From Chromera velia (lineage: Eukaryota): DNA of 58,891 bases. The DNA is taken from positions 1 through 58,891 of the forward strand of contig JAHBMJ010000027.1 of NCBI GenBank assembly GCA_018398765.1, read 5' to 3'. Below are positions 13,301 through 28,249 of the stretch, piece after piece. A model generated the notes under the pieces. That model worked only from the letters and a program-made list of their open reading frames with translations, was not told the origin of the DNA and did no database searches. Both the position numbers and the translations under genes were made by a program. Each line of letters begins with the position of its first letter. The first letter of the stretch is position 1.

Positions 13301-16300
13301 CGCGGTGTGACGGGACTGCAGTTTCAGCACGACCCGATGGTCTTCTTCAGGAGGAAATTCAGAGACCATCCGCAGACACAGGTTGAATTGAGAGACTGCT
13401 CTGCCCTCCTGGAACCCTGGCAACTCTCTCTGGTCACAGTGGGACCAAAGGTCTGTCTGTCTGTCTGTCTGTCTGTGTGAGTGAGTGTTTTGGCCCTACA
13501 CGTGAAACTGGTCAGGCAGGAGTGTTAGGCTGAGGAACGTTGGGAATGGTGGAGGGGGGGGATTAGATTCTTGTGTCCGTTTTGCGCATTCAGCCGCCAT
13601 CCCACTTATTCAATGTTTCTGTGTGCTGACACCTTTGCCTGTTGTTTCCTTCCTTTTCCTTAATGCAAATATCGACGGTATGAAATCAATTTCTTGACCG
13701 CAGCAAATCGACTTCGGGAAGTCTTTCGTGAAGACAACGACACAACGTTGCCTCTCTGTGTTCAACGACACCGCACAGTCGATCCTTGTAGATGTAAACC
13801 TCGAGGGGGCAGAGGAACTCTCGAGGTCGGTGGGTTGATCAGAAAGGAAGGAAGGATTGATGCTTTTCCTTCAAGAACCACCCATGCACCCATTTGTTCG
13901 TGCTGCTGTTTCCTTCCTTCCAGCATTCAGCACATGCACCCTTCGCTGCTGTGTGAGATCTCATGAAGTAGTAGTCAACACCTCCTTCATACCTCTTTTG
14001 CTCTATTCCAGCCGCTCTGTGACTGTGTCTTCAATCCTCTTTTTTGCTATGTCTGGTGTGTGCAGAACAGACCCATTGTCGCAGGTCGTCCCCTCAGCCC
14101 ACGCAGCAGGATTCGACCTGATGCTCAACGCTTCTGTACCTCAGAGGGTACAAAGGCAGATCACAGTGACCATCAACGGGCGGCACCCCCAGAGGATCTC
14201 CATCACGGGCGAGCTCACCCCTGTGACCCTCAACATGTCCAGAGAGGATATCAACTTCAGGTGTGTACACACGTCCACCTTTCTGAGAGGCAAAAGGCGT
14301 TAGAATGATTATGAAAGCGTTACAATGTGCATCAAACCGAAACATTGATTCAATGTGACTGTATTCGGAAGGTCGATCGATACCCGATAATATCGCCAGG
14401 CTGGGTTTCATGCCACAATCGAGTTTGCGTCGCCATGTTCCAATCAAGCGTCGTTCTGCATAAGGCAAAATCTCCTCCCATGATGGAAGAAAGCCTCTGA
14501 TAGCTGGTTCTCACAATCCTGTCACGTCTTTCAGACATCAACGCTTTTTCAAGTGCATTCAGTCCCTCAGCAAGATCCGGCATTAATTCTCCTCCCTACC
14601 TGCTTGAAGATCTCTTCTGATTCTTTGTCTGCCTTACTTTTGTTCTTTTGCTGCAGCTTTTCGGAAGACACGCTGGAGCAGTTGCTGACCGAACAGCTGA
14701 TCTTGACGAATCCCGGAAACGGCCCCGCCTACTTCCGGTGGGGTGCCCCTGAGGAGGAGGGTGCAGAGAGCTTCAACCTGAAACCTCTGAGTGGAGTCGT
14801 CAAGCCGAAGGAGTCCGTGACGTGCGAGATTGCCTTCATGGCCCCCTCTCATGGGAGTCGGATTTCGGCGTTCTTCCCTCTGCACATCACCGACGGGCTC
14901 GAACAAGTGTCCGTCAGTCCGTCAGTCAGGGGGTGAATAGTTGATTGTGTTTTTTGGGGGAGCTCAGACTTGCTTTTGGAAAAATGTCTTGCTCGAAAAG
15001 TTTCAGCAGGCGAATTGATACGTCGGTGGGAATTGAAGTATTTGTGAGAACGCGTGGGAAGAAGTCCACATGTGTATCTGTTCAAAGCGTTGTTTTTCAA
15101 AAGAAAGCTCCCTGCCTGAAAAATGTTCGCTTCTCCGCCTGTTTTGTTTTCTGTCTGTCTGCATGGATGGATGCAGACTTCAAGTGGCAGGCCAAGCCGA
15201 TGAGGCCCTCCTTGTGCCCATCCACAAGAGAGTTGAGTTCGGGTCCATCCCGGTCGGTCACAAGGCTGAAGGCATCTGCACCCTGGCCAACCCTGGGGGG
15301 AACTCTGCGATATTCCACGTGATGGAGGTCCCAGAAGGCATCTCTGTGCACCCGATGAGGGGGAGAGTCGGACCGGACTCTAGAGATGACCTGCAGATTA
15401 GTGCCTTGATTCCGACTGCTCAGAAGGTTGAGGGGGTTATCACTCTGTCCGTCCGGGGTGGCAAGCCTGTCCAGATTCCGATTGCAGTCGAGGCTGTGAT
15501 TCCGGATGTCCGTGTGTCCCCGGACGAATTGGACTTCAAGTGGGTCACGCTGGGTGCTGTCCACTCCCTCCATGTGACGATGACGAATTACTCCTCCGTC
15601 GAGGCTTCCCTGTACGTGTCTCTTGTGGACCATCCTGAGTTTGCACTGCAACAACAGGTGTCGAATTCAGATGCAGCCTCTTCCGTACAGGAGGGGGGGG
15701 GGAATGGTAGCGGAGAAGGGTCGCCTCGGGATTCTCTGAGAGAGAAGGGAAGCAGCGGGGAGTCAGGGGATCACGAGGGGGCAGAGGGGGAGGTGTTGGA
15801 TGCCCCCCCGACAGGAACTTTGAGTTCCATTTCAGTGACAGCATTTGAAGAAGCAATGGGGATCTCTTCCGCTTCTGACTTTGGGGGGGATGGGGGCGAG
15901 GATGAGATGCAAGGAGGAGAGGGACAGGGATACGAGGGTGGGTAGGCTGATTGGCTTTTCCTTGCATGGGGGGGGGTGTGTGTGCTCTTTCTTTTGCATC
16001 AGCAGAGTTTTGATTGCCCTGTCGGTTTTTCTGACTGTGACGGATATCCTTAAGAATGCGTCCGTGCCGGAAATGGGTTTGCCATTTTTTGGTTGCATTT
16101 CCTTGGTGCAAATGTGACCTCGATCTCCCATCTGTGCCCTTTCTCTGTCTCTGTTGTGCATACGAGTACACAGCGAAATCTTCCCCCCCCTCTCTACATG
16201 CTCTGCTTACTCTCTGTTTGTGCAGGAGAGGAGGAGACCTCCAACCTCTACAAGCTTCTGATCCCCCCTCTTGGGGTCATATCTTTTGAGGTCAGTCAGG

Positions 16301-19300
16301 TTGCTCCTAAATGCGGCTCCTTGCACCCGCATTCAGCAAGAGTGCTTACCTGAATTTTGTATTATTTCACACGCTTTCTTGGCCAAGCTCACACAAGGAC
16401 ACACATTCTTCTATTTTTGCAAAGGCATTTCACGCTTCAATTTGTCTGTTTTTCCACATGCGAATACTCAACTGAATGGCCTTGCGCTGCGTTGCAGATG
16501 ACCTTCACGCCTGTGAAGGTGTTCGAGCACTCGTTCGAGCTTCCCGTCTCCTACGCGCAACAGGCAACCTCTCCAGAGCTCCAACGCGTCGTGCACGCCA
16601 AGGCCCTCAAACCGCGCCTTCTCCTCTCTCTGCCTTCAGTAGACTTTGCACCCAAAGTCATCCAGTCTCTTGCCACGGGGGCCCAGTCCTTGGCAAGCGA
16701 GAAGGTGGTCGCCTTCGTCAATGCCGACGAGAGCGCTCTTGCCTGGCAAGTAGACACGACCTGCTTGTACAAATACCCTGGAGTCTTCGAGGTGGCAACC
16801 TCCTCCGGTGTTCTGGATGCTGGCGAGGTCTGTCTGTCTGTCTGTCTGTCTGAAATATACAGTCTTCCTGCCTGCCAGCCTGCCAGCCTACCTGTCTGTC
16901 TGTCTGCCTGCCTTGAGTGCTGCGACGCTGAAAGGGAGGGGAAAAATACTGCGTGAGAGACATGTGCAGGTCGCATTTTCTCTCTGTATCTGTGTCACTT
17001 CATCAAAAAAAAAAAAAGCAAAAAAGGACACATCGGATCGTGGGAATGGCTTCTGGGAATGAGAAGCCTTCTTGTATGTGCGCATCGATGGAGGAAGAAC
17101 ATGATGTCCCGGAACAAATTGTCTCTGTTTGAAAGAAGCCCCATACTGTGAATGATTCAAAGGATGCATTTGACTTCTTCTTCTCTGGTGCTCAGGAAGG
17201 AGCAGTCCGTATACAGTTCCAGCCCAAGGAGCCCCTCAACTACCTCATACACCTACCCATCTTCCTGTCTCCACCCCCGCCCGGAGGACGCGCATCTCCG
17301 ACAGCTGATGCCGCCAGCCTCCCCCCCATCGACAAGAGCCGTCCATACCTCCACCTCCGACTGAGGGGGAGGGGGACTGTCCCGAAGATCGCGTTTGACA
17401 GACCCGAACTGATCCTTCCAACAGTTCCCCTCAATGTTCCCTCTCGGGCTCTCTTCAAAGTCTACAACGAGGGGTTTGAACTTCTCGAACTCCGCACTCG
17501 TCTTCCTGCAGACTCACAGAAAATTCCTCTCAAGTCAGTCCGCTGATCTTCGCAGGCAAGGAGAAAGGAATCAAGAATATGTGTTTGCTGAACGATGCCA
17601 TGATTGTTCAACTGCGCGCTTTCATCGAGTCAAAGTCGGCACTGCACAGCCAAGGGAGACGTAGGGTCTTCACCCGTTTTCTATAGTAAATTAAATGACT
17701 TGAAAGAAGAGAGAAAGTGGGGTAGGGCTTGAAGGATTTAAACCCCCTTGGGCTTTGATGTGAATCTGGTCCGTTTTGTTGTCTATCTTTCTGTCTTTGA
17801 CGACCGCACATGAATCGTCCACGTGGTTTGCTTCCATGTCCACGCTCTCTTGAGCTGCATTTACAAAGGTTGATGCGTTTCTTTTGCACATCCCGAACTG
17901 GATCCCTCCCTCTCTTTGTCTGTGTGTCAGAGTCGAGTTTCCTGAAGGCAATGTTTTGGGATCAGCAAAAGAGAGATGCACCGTGGAGGTCTCCTTTGTC
18001 TCACCGAAGCCCGTATCTTTCACTGCGAAGGTCGAGATTCTCGACAGCGAAGACCGTCAGTCATTTTCCCATGTCACTTTTGCACCATGGGGTGCTTTGA
18101 ATAACTTGTGGGAGAAACCCTCTGTCTGTGTGTTGCTTTGTCAGTGCCGGGCGAGTACGTTCTAACCTTTGTATCGCAATGTGCCCTGCCTCAGTTCTAT
18201 GAAGTAGTGCGTGCATGAGTGACGACATCCATTTTGGGTTTCCTTCCGTCTTCTTTCTTCTCTGCTGCATGCAGATGCGTACCCGATTTGCATCAGCGGG
18301 ACTGCTGACAACTCTGTGCTGACAACGCACGGATACCTGGAGAAGTTCGCTGACTTCTTCAGCATCACGGGGGATCCTCCCATCCTCCGGGAAGAGGTCA
18401 GTGAGCGTCACGATGCGATGTGGGGGTGGGAGAATGAGTATGCTAACCATTCTTCTGCAAGCAGACAAAGAAGGATGCACAGTGTGGCGTTAGAGAGAGA
18501 GAGGGGGGGGGGGGGGGGNGGGGGGGGAGGGAGGGAGGGAGGGAGGGAGAGAGAGAGGGAGGGAGGGAGAGAGAGAGAGAGAAAGAAAAAAGATTGAAAG
18601 AGAAAGAAAGCAACTCTTGAGAGGACTTTTTTCATCTTCGCTAGTGGTACCCTCCCCTCTTGATGGATTCCAACTTCACTTTGCAGTCCGTTCATCCTGC
18701 TGCCATCAATACCTCACTTGCCGCCACTGCCAATGTTCGTCTCCCCACTCTGAGGATCCTAAACCTGAAGAAGTTTTCAATTTGCATTTTCTCTTAATTT
18801 TGCCCTGTCTCCCTGCCTGTCCTCCCCCCTCCTGTTGCAGAAACCCGACGAAGACATTGGAGGCGGCCCCGAGAAGACCCCCTCAGAGGCCCACAGTAGG
18901 GCTCCGTCTGCAAAGAGTGCGGGGGAGACGTCAGGATCCGCAGCGGCTCTGGTGGATTCGTCTGCGGATTTCCTTTCACGGTGGTTGTCCTCTACAGTCC
19001 TCAAGTCCATCGTGGAGCTCTGGCCCCAGGACCTCATTGTGGGCTACGGAAAGCCTGTGATCGAACTCACAGAGCTCCTCTCTGGGAAGAGTTTCAAAGC
19101 CATAAGGCCGAACCAACCCCCTCCAGAGCCGCTTCCCAACCCGTCAACAAACCCGAAGGAAGACAAGGCTGCGGCCAACTTAGCTGCTCTTTTGGGAAAG
19201 GGAGAGGGAGGGAAGAGGATCAAGGGCGAACCCCGAATCGTGTCGTTGGTTCTCCAATTTGAGAACTTTCTGACTTTCCTCAAGCAGCATGGGGCTTTGT

Positions 19301-22300
19301 TGTGTCACATCCGGCCTGAGTGGCTTCTTCCTAGAGACATGTTTGTGAAGCACGTGCAGGCACAGCCGGTGAAGAATGTGAGGTCGGCCTCTGGAGGAAT
19401 CTTCACCGGGTATCCGCGTCGTCATCTCGAACGCCAATGGACTTTGAAGGCACCGGAGGCCTGGATGACCGTGTGTCTGCAGATCTTGAGAGTTTTCCTT
19501 CTCAACCGTCTCACCCCACGGGCATTCCGCACAGTGCCCGGACTTCAAGACACCCAAAAAGAGAAGAAGAGCCAGACGGAGAGCGGAACTTCAATTTCGA
19601 AGACCACCAATGCAGAAACAGAGGAGAAGGACAGAGAGAAGACAGAGAGAGAGAACGCCGCAGAGACAGCACAAAAGATCATGTCCGACGCGCTTGACCT
19701 CTCAAGGGTTGAAGGATCGAATGTCTTCTCTGCTTCAGAGTCAGTCAGTTCGTCACTCCAGATGTCCCAACGTATGTAGCTTGAGGGGCACTTTTTTTTT
19801 CAGTCTTCTCTTTCAAGTATTTCTTCAATTGTTCCCGGCATGTTCTGTAGCCCTCTCTCTCTTTTGTTCGTTTCATTTGTGCTCTTACAGTTTGTCGCCT
19901 TCCGACAAAGAGGCCCTTTCACATGGGATGAAGGTCTATTCTCTGGAACAGGCCCTTCGAATCTCTCCGTTGGTAATAGAAGATAGGTTTTTCCTGCCTT
20001 TGTGAATGGATTTTCTGCAGGCTGATGCTTCTTAAGTGGTTGACTTTCCACTACAACAAAGTGGACGGCGGAAATTTTCCGCTGGTGGTGACGAATTTCG
20101 AGACGGACTTGAGAGATTCGATTGTGTTTGCGAGTGCGGTTGTCTCTCATGCCCCCGATCTGGGAGCCCCAGGGTCCGCCCTGGCGTCCTTGCGGCGTCC
20201 TTGCGTGACCCCGGACCATTTCGAGCAGAATGCCTCCAAGGTTGTGCACGGACTTCAGGAATTGGGTCTCCAAGTGAACGTGAAGGCATCAGACTTGGCG
20301 GCTGGGTCTGCTCGTGACCTTCTGATCTTCTCCATTTTCCTCTTCCAGACCCTTCCTCAGTATATTCCGAGGACAACTCTCACGTTCGCAACTGCGCTGG
20401 TAAGCAGCTCATTTGGAAAGATGAAAAAAAGACCTCCAACACAAAAAAGAGAAAACTGGGAAAGTTGAAGTGAAACAGAGAAGAGGCAGACAAATTGTGT
20501 GAAATTGACTTTCACCAAGAATTCTATCCGGTTCGGGATTTCCCTCTCTTCATCCCCCCCAAAAATGCAAGACAGCAAACCAAAATGTGCAATTTTCATT
20601 CATAAAGACCTCCATCTGCATGTCTCGCTTTTCTCCCCTTCCGACTGAATCTTCTATTTGATTGATCTTTTTGATTTGCAGGGAGTGAGGCAGACCAAGT
20701 TGATTGACCTCACAAACCCCTCAAGGAAAAGAATTGTCTACCGAGTTCAGATCGAAGGGGGAGCAGACTTTACCCTCTACCTCGCAGACAAAGGAGACAA
20801 ATCAAAGACCCAACCCCTCAACCCCGGAGACTCAGTCGCCCTGGAAGCGAGAGAGACCAGACAGGTCCACGTCGAGTTCAACGCCAGGTTCTCAAAACCC
20901 AGTGAGGCGAAGCTGCTCTTCACCAGTAAAAGGTCAGGCAGCAAACAAAATAATAAATTTTCATACAGAAAAAGAATTATGTATGAAAATGAATGCATTC
21001 ATCAGTGAAAGGTGAGCAAAAGAAACAAGAGAGACAACAACCGTAAGTCATTCCTTCAAAACTGGACATTCTGATGTTTTTCTCTGCTTTTAAAAATCTC
21101 AAACTTCGTCATGATTCGGGATTGTAACCACTAGCTCAAATACAGATGCAAAATTGGTGAAGAAAGGAGGACCGGAAGGTCACAGTGGGATTCATTTTCT
21201 CTCTTGTCATTTCTTCTTCGTCTGCCTGTCTGTCTGTCTATCTGTCTGCAGAGAAGGTGCTGTGCAAGCAACAGCGTTGGTCTTCCGTCTCTCTCCAACC
21301 ATCACGTCGAAGCGACCTCTGAAGAGATTCACCGCCACCACCTGTCTCTACGAACCAGTGGAAGTTGACTGCGAGATTGCCTCTCCCGTCCCTGTAGAAG
21401 GGGAGTTCTTCGTTGCGCTCTCAACGGAAAAAACAGATGCGACCGGCACTGCGCCTGTCAAATCTCTCCTCGCGGACAGGCACATGGCAGCAAAAGAGGC
21501 ATTCTGGACACCCACAGTCAAACTCCGAATCGGGCCAGAGGGAAAAACGACTCTCAAGGTTAGTCAACACGACAGCCTGAATATTTGTTGCGTTTCTCTG
21601 TTCTTTCGAATTCATACAGCCCACCGATCGACCGTGCAAATAAGTCATCTGAAAGAGATTCGGCAAGGGAAGATTGTCTGACCGCACACTCTCTACAGCT
21701 TTCCTTTCTTTCTCTCAAGATGAGGCACCGAACAGCAAAATATCTCATTGAGTGTTGCTGCGCCTGCACATGCACACAGATCCAATTCCTTCCCCTCGAG
21801 ATGGGCAACTTCCTCGGGACCCTCATGTTCAAAGACACAAGGGCAGGGGAGTTCGTGTATGAGATCTTTGGGGTCGCTCACGCCCCCAAGCCTGTGGAGC
21901 TGCCCCCCTTCTCAACGAGACTGGACATCCACGCGAACTTTGAGATTCCCCTTGGAGGACGAAATCCAGCGCTGGATGCAGCACGGGGTGCGTTGATGGA
22001 CAGGCAGAACTCAGGAAAGGGCAAGGCAGCACGGAGACCTGCCAGCAGGGAGCGAGACTTGATGGGCCCGCAGCCGCCAAAGGACGGAGTGACGATCTAC
22101 ACCGTCAGGTGCTCATCCCCGTACTTCCAGGCACCCACAAAGGTTGCCTACGTCAACACTCAATCGTCAGTGTCCATGCTGTTCCTTCTTTTTACTCCCC
22201 TACTTCTTTTTGCAAGTACTTTCTCGCTTGCCGGCCGGCTGACTTTACTCCTTTTCTTTATGAAGTGCCAATTCCGTCCCTTAACTTTTCCCTGTCGGTG

Positions 22301-25300
22301 CCTCAGTTGGACTCTTTTCCTGTTGTGCGGGGATTTTCGTGTTGGGTTTTTGTGTGTTCAGGAGTAACAGTCTGCATGCGTCCTTTTCTTGTGAAATTGA
22401 AGATAAAGTCATTCAAGCGCCAGTGAAACTCCCATGTTTTTGTTCGCTCCTTTCCCTTTGCTTCTTCTTGCAGCGACAAGGCCCGAGAGATTTTGAATAA
22501 GAGCGGCCTCTCCGAGAGACTGCTCCTCGACTTTCAACCGTCAGAGCCCGGCATGTTCCCCTGCACACTGCACCTGAGCTCTTCCTTCGACACCAGAGTC
22601 CTCAAATTCGAAGCAGCAGCAACGCCTCCTCCTACGAGGTGCCAACTGAGCTTCCGAACTGCAGCCAGACGACCTTTGGTACAGGTTCGCTTCTTTCCTT
22701 CTTCCTCGCTGTCTTTGTGGTTGCGTCCTCAGTTCTTGAATGGTCTTTCATCACAGCTTGTGTTTCAAATTCTTCAAGTTGGTCTGCAAAAATTGATGGG
22801 GTTGAATTACATGTTTCCATTTGTTCTCCATCTGGTGTCTTCAATTCTTCGCTTCATTTGTTTCTCACTTTCCTGCTGATTTCTCTGTCTCTACCTTTGT
22901 GCGTCTCTTTTTTGTGCAGGAGATTCCGATCACAAACTCAAGCGAGAACGAGTGGACCGTCAGGGCGAAAATTGAACACGAAAACACAGACGGAGAGGCA
23001 AGGGGAAGCCAAGCGAACGTCTTCGGTAAGTCATTCATTTTCTTGCGTTGTCACTTTTCTGCTCAAACCTGGAATGTTCTGTGTCTTTCCTCCATACCAT
23101 TTCTCTACAAAACAAACATCGGAAGTCACTGCAAATTTCATTAAGCCCCCAAAGAGTGTTCGGACATTCTGTCTTAGCTCATGCACCCCTGCATTGCAAA
23201 CACCTGAGCGCAAACGTGTGTTTGGAATGAATGCGTGGGTATCAGAAGCTGTTTCTCTGCCTCACTGCATCCTTTCCTTTCCGTGTTTGCAGAGGGCCCA
23301 TCGGAGATAAAGGTCAAGAAGGCCGCGATCGGTGCGGACGGAAACCCCGTGCCTCGAGTGACCAAGTACAACTTGACCTTCAACCCCTCTTGGATCTGTT
23401 CCCGACGTGCGATTCTTCATTTGAATAACCTCTCGACAAGCGAGACTGCCGAGTTTTTTCTTGTCGGAGAGGCAGAGGAACCAGACGCAGAGGGACATAT
23501 CGTCGTCCAATGCGAAGCAAGAAGCCCAAAGAAGGTCTCAGTTGAGGTAGGTCAGCATGCATTTATTTTTACATTCCGGTTGAACCAGCTGGCCCTCTTT
23601 CCCTCCCTTGCAATTTGAGAGATTGCTTTTCTCGATTGCGTTGCTTTGACTCTATTGAGCTGATCCGGCACCTCTTGTTCATCATATTATTTTTGTCACT
23701 GCCTTTCTCCTTCACGTCAACTGATCTAAAGTTGAAGTAGTCATAATCTTTTCTGCTTGATCAGAATTCGTCTGTCCTGATTCTAGAAGAGGGAATTAAT
23801 CACAGGGCGAGGAAAGGAGCGGGATCTCATCAAGAACTGAGATAGGGATAGAGAGCCTGGAGTGATGGACTGGAGCGTCACACATGCAGTCCCCGGGCTC
23901 ATTTCTATCCACATAGTATGATGGGATGAGGAACGTTAGCGGTTCGAGGGTGCCCTCTCTTCACTTCCCTCTTTTGTCCCTCCTCCTCCTTTGCAGGTTC
24001 CTCACTATGGAAACCAGCCGGTAGACCTGGAGGTTGAGACGGATCTGCTCTGTGCGTCTGGACCCGAAAAAGTGCGGGCAGTTCTTGGCTCCCCTGCTGT
24101 GTATGAGTTTGAGGTTCTCCCTCTGGTTGCTGGAAATTCCACGGCCTGTATCATCTTCAGGGACCGGACCCAGGGCACGTACGTGTGGTACACGGTGGAA
24201 CTGAACGTTGCACCACCGAAACCACAAAAGACCCTGGAGCTGCGATGCAACGTCCGATCGGTCGGTTGGTCGATTTGTTCTCCCATCAGAAAGACAGATA
24301 GACAGATACGGGGTTCATCCGAGGGGATTTTGTGAGAAGAAAAAATGTTTTTGCTTACTCTTTCCTAGTCTTGTGTGGTTGAGCAGAAAAGCGAGAAGAA
24401 CGATACGGGAGGGAAGTGGGACGAAGAATGAAAAGAAAGGGTGCGGGAGGGAACGAGAAAGTATGTCTTGACGAAGGAAGTGCCGGTATGTGAACCGCTA
24501 CCGCTTCCGTGGACTGTCGCACGATCATCCCTTTCCTGTCGCTCTGCAACTTGAATGCATTCTCTTCACACTTCCCCTTTGACAGGAAACTTACACTCAT
24601 CGCGAACCCTGTGTGTCTGTCTCTCTGTCTGTCTGTTTGTCGGTCTGTCTCTGATTGTGCAGGCTGTCTCTGTAGGAGTCCAGTTGTCCAACCCTCTGGA
24701 TGACAACGTGACATTTGACGTCACTCTGACTGGAGAGGGGCTCCTTGGAGACTCCGAGTTCACCCTTGCTCCAAAGGAATCCTCAACTTACGAACTCGCC
24801 TTCTCGCCCCTCCTGGAAGGATCTAGCAGGGCTGCAGCGGTACGTGAAGCTGTCTCTCCGACTGTCCGACTGTTTGATTGTACGGGAGCTAGGAAAGAAG
24901 CTCGCGTATCCTTGGGCTCTGATCTGTTTCCTTCCAGTGACTGACATTTTTGCCCTCTCTCTTGCATGTGTCTTTATAAGTGTCGACTTTCAATCTGCAG
25001 CTCTCTGCTGTCTTCTCCCCTGCATGCTTGTTTTTGATGTATTGTTGCTCTCCTCTCCCTCTGCAGGTTTTCGTGTCTCCGAAGGTCGGAGAGTTCTGGT
25101 ACGACCTCATCCTCATTGCAGACCCTCCAGAACCCATCTCTGTGGAACCTCTGCAGACAGAGCTGGGGGTCCCAGTCACAACAAAGGTCTCGATAGAGAA
25201 TCCCGTGGGCTATGAGGTCAGTCGCAGGGAGGTGCCATGAGGAACGTGTTGAACGACACTCACTCACCGACTCACTTCCTTACTCGCTGAGTCCCTCACC

Positions 25301-27890
25301 GAGACATGAATCTCAAATCCAGACTTTTGCATACAAGACTGCATGCTTCTCAAGCTGGTCGATAACAGGTACTCACAAGAGGCACAAAGAGCCAAAGACA
25401 CAATTTCAGAGAGGAGATTGATGTCATATCCGCTCAAATCGTTTCTTATTTCTTTTTTCTTGATTGCTTCCTTCCTTCTGTATGAATGCACGAATCTATG
25501 CAGGTTGCCCTGCGGCCCCGGTGTTCCAACAAAACGAACTTCCGACTGCTGAACTCCAGAGTCATCGTTCCTCCTTTTGAGTCGACCGAGCTAATCATTG
25601 AGTACTCTCCGAGCTCGGTGAAGAAGAAGGAGGAAGCAGAACTAGTTCTCGACCACCCTGAGGCGGGGAAATGGGTCCTCCAGCTGGAGGGTGAGGGTCT
25701 TCCTCCTGTGACTGTGAAGGAGACCACAGCGGTGACGACAGTCAACAAGAGCGTCTCCACAACGCTCCACTTCAAGAATCCCTTTCTTGAGGCTGTTACT
25801 GTTGACGTCAAACTACGCTCCCAGGGATCCCAAGCATCTATGAGACCGGCCTCCCCGACGAACTCCAGTTCCTCGGGATCTAAGACAAAGACCGGACTCC
25901 CATCAACAACGATCAATTCTATTCCTTCCATACGAACGTCCAGATCCTCAGCAGGGGTGTTCAACATGCTCCTGAAGAAGACCACAAAAATCACCGTGGG
26001 ACCTCTGGCAACACTGCAGCTGCCCGTTGCCTTCAACCCCCCCGCTCTAGCGGAGTACAACGCGGACGTGATGGTGGTCCTCGAGCAGCAGAAGCTTGTG
26101 TGGAACTACAGGTCGGTCGGCCTTTATCTGCGTGGGGCTGGGATGAATGAGTTGGGAAGGGGTTTGTTAGCCGGGAAGGAAAAGTTCGTGGAGGTTTCCG
26201 TGGGGATGGCGAAGTGCAAGAATATTTGTCCTCCTTTTCGACTTTTGCCCTGGGGTCTTGCTTTTGAGGGTTCAGTTTCTGGAGTGATGGAAGTCCGGAA
26301 TGATTGTTGCATGTGTGTGCTGTTCCAAAAGTCAACTTGGCTTCCAGATACGACCGTCGTCCTCTCTCATTTTTGGCTTTCTCTTCTGTCCCTTAATGTC
26401 TTTCCTCTCCTTCCCTTTGCTCGGACTGATCGATCATGCAGGATTCGGGGAGTTGTGGAGGCCCCAGTTGACCTCTCCATCCATGCGTTCAACGCCAAGG
26501 CGAGGGAGCACGCAAAGTTTGACTACTCCTTCTCGCTGGTGGGATACGACCCCTCTGTACTCGGGGGGGCAGCACGACGAAAGTTTCAGGACAGAGAGTG
26601 GTGGAAGGTCAAAGTTGAGGCTCCTTCCCATTTGGCATCTCTTGTGGAAAGAAGTTTCAAAGTCACTTTGAAGGATTCAGGTCCATCCGCAGTGGGTCCT
26701 GACGGCATCATGCCGGTGGAGGTGCACTTCGCCCCCTTGAAACCGTTTTCCACAACGGTGCAGATCATTTTGGAGAGAGGTACAGAGGGAAGGTGGAGGT
26801 TCCAGGGAAAGTTGAACGCATTGTTTCCTGATCAGGATGACTCGATCAGCATTGAGGCACCAGTCGGGAAACGATCGGCCGTCTCTTTCCGTCTGACGAA
26901 CTACAGAGCTGCCTTTGCCCCCTTTGAGGTCAGTCAGGCAGGCCTCTCAGAACTGAACTGAAGAAAGTCGTTATCCACCGTTAGTCGACTGGTGTTTTGC
27001 CTATGAACCATTGATTGCTGCGTTTGCTCAGAGGGAGGAGGACAGGAAAGAAGGGAGGCAAGATAGTCTGAAGAAGACAATCATTTCAGAGATTTAGGAA
27101 TCTTTTTGGCCGTTTCACCCTCGCTCTCTTGTCCTTTTCCCGTTAATTTTCCTTCCTGACTTTCTCACTCCGCCTGAAACCCGCATGTCCTCCTTCTTGC
27201 CTTGTTTGCACAGGCGTACTTCACGGCAGACCACCCCTCGAGTGACTTCTCCGTGTCTCCTTCCAAGGGCGTGCTGGAGCCTGCGGACTCGGAGGGCACT
27301 GAGTTTGTGGTGACCTACTTCTCCAGAGAGTATGGGAGGACCGGAATGGCAAAACTGGTCATCGAGACGGGAGACATGCTCTGGTCTTTCAACGTGCGCG
27401 GAGGGCAACCGAAATACATACCCCCAAATATCACGGGGAAACGCGTTGATGACCGGGTAAGCATGAGATGAAAGGTGAAAGCAGGGGGGGGGGGGGGNNN
27501 NNNNNNNNNNNNNNNNNNGGGGGGGGGGGAGGGTGTGAGCGAGGAAGGGAGAGAGAGAGAGTGCAAAGATGAGAAGGGAGCTTCCGCTGCCTGTGCGAGG
27601 TCGACGGATGTAGACGGCATGAAAGTATCTCCGCGGTCAGAAAACGATACGGACAGAGGAAGCTGATTGGCAAACGGATAGCGCTTCTTGTGAAATCCTC
27701 TTGTTGGTTTTCTTCTTTCCTGTCTAATTCTCTCTATGTATAAGCGTATGTGTATGTGTATGTTTTCTCTTTCATATATTTTCTGGTGCAGCTGAGCATT
27801 TCAAGGACTGGGAGAGAAGAGAAAAATTTCCTGTTGAAGAACCTCAAAATCGCACAGACAGTCAAAGAACAGGTACGCGTGCTGGGCTAA
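10385..27890 (+). CDS. CFAP47: Cilia- and flagella-associated protein 47 (tandem ASH/MSP Ig-like domains plus calponin-homology domain), 27 exons, ~3,201 aa
   Basis: Exons: 10385-11872, 12199-12849, 13115-13450, 13704-13825, 14066-14260, 14657-14908, 15177-15937, 16226-16290, 16498-16827, 17196-17533, 17931-18055, 18275-18396, 18841-19739, 20021-20399, 20682-20932, 21252-21558, 21780-22165, 22474-22684, 22920-23025, 23293-23546, 23997-24260, 24663-24839, 25067-25216, 25504-26111, 26442-26928, 27214-27456, 27792-27890. Total 9606 nt with consistent phases. Repeated P..L.FG...L.N...F motifs (e.g. QTIYIRNVSTKGRRVR...LAPGLTVPVEVEY), CH-like LLKWLTFHY...NFETDLRDSIVF, and C-terminal FSVSPSKGVLEP...FVVTY...YG...AKLVIET...WSFNVRG match CFAP47 as recalled. 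Some borders and the last exon are uncertain. Confidence 0.88.
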
Positions 27891-28249
27891 TTGCAGGAAT
27901 GCGATTTTATCTTCCCATGCACAAAGCACTGGTAATCAGTTTTCCTTCGTATGTCCACAGCCATTTGTTTGCAACTCCTTTCCGATTTCCTCCGCAACGT
28001 CATCCATCAATGGAAGGAATTCCCTCTCGATCCTGCTGGTTTCATTTGCGGAAGAAGAAGGGAGATCAAATAGGCCTACAACGGAATTAATGAGGTGTCA
28101 ACAGAAAGAACAAGCACCCCATTGTTGAAAATGAAGACATCTTCATTCCATTGTTTACTTTTGTATGCGACACCTTTTGTTCCCTAATGCTGCAGCGGTC
28201 CCAATTGATCCGGGGGGGCAACTGATACCGAAGCGTGTTTTGACTCAAG

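Noticed and set aside
10385..27890. Hydin or CFAP65 identity, or many separate small genes
   Set aside because: The exons join in phase into one ~3,200-aa protein; the internal CH domain and C-terminal motifs fit CFAP47 better.
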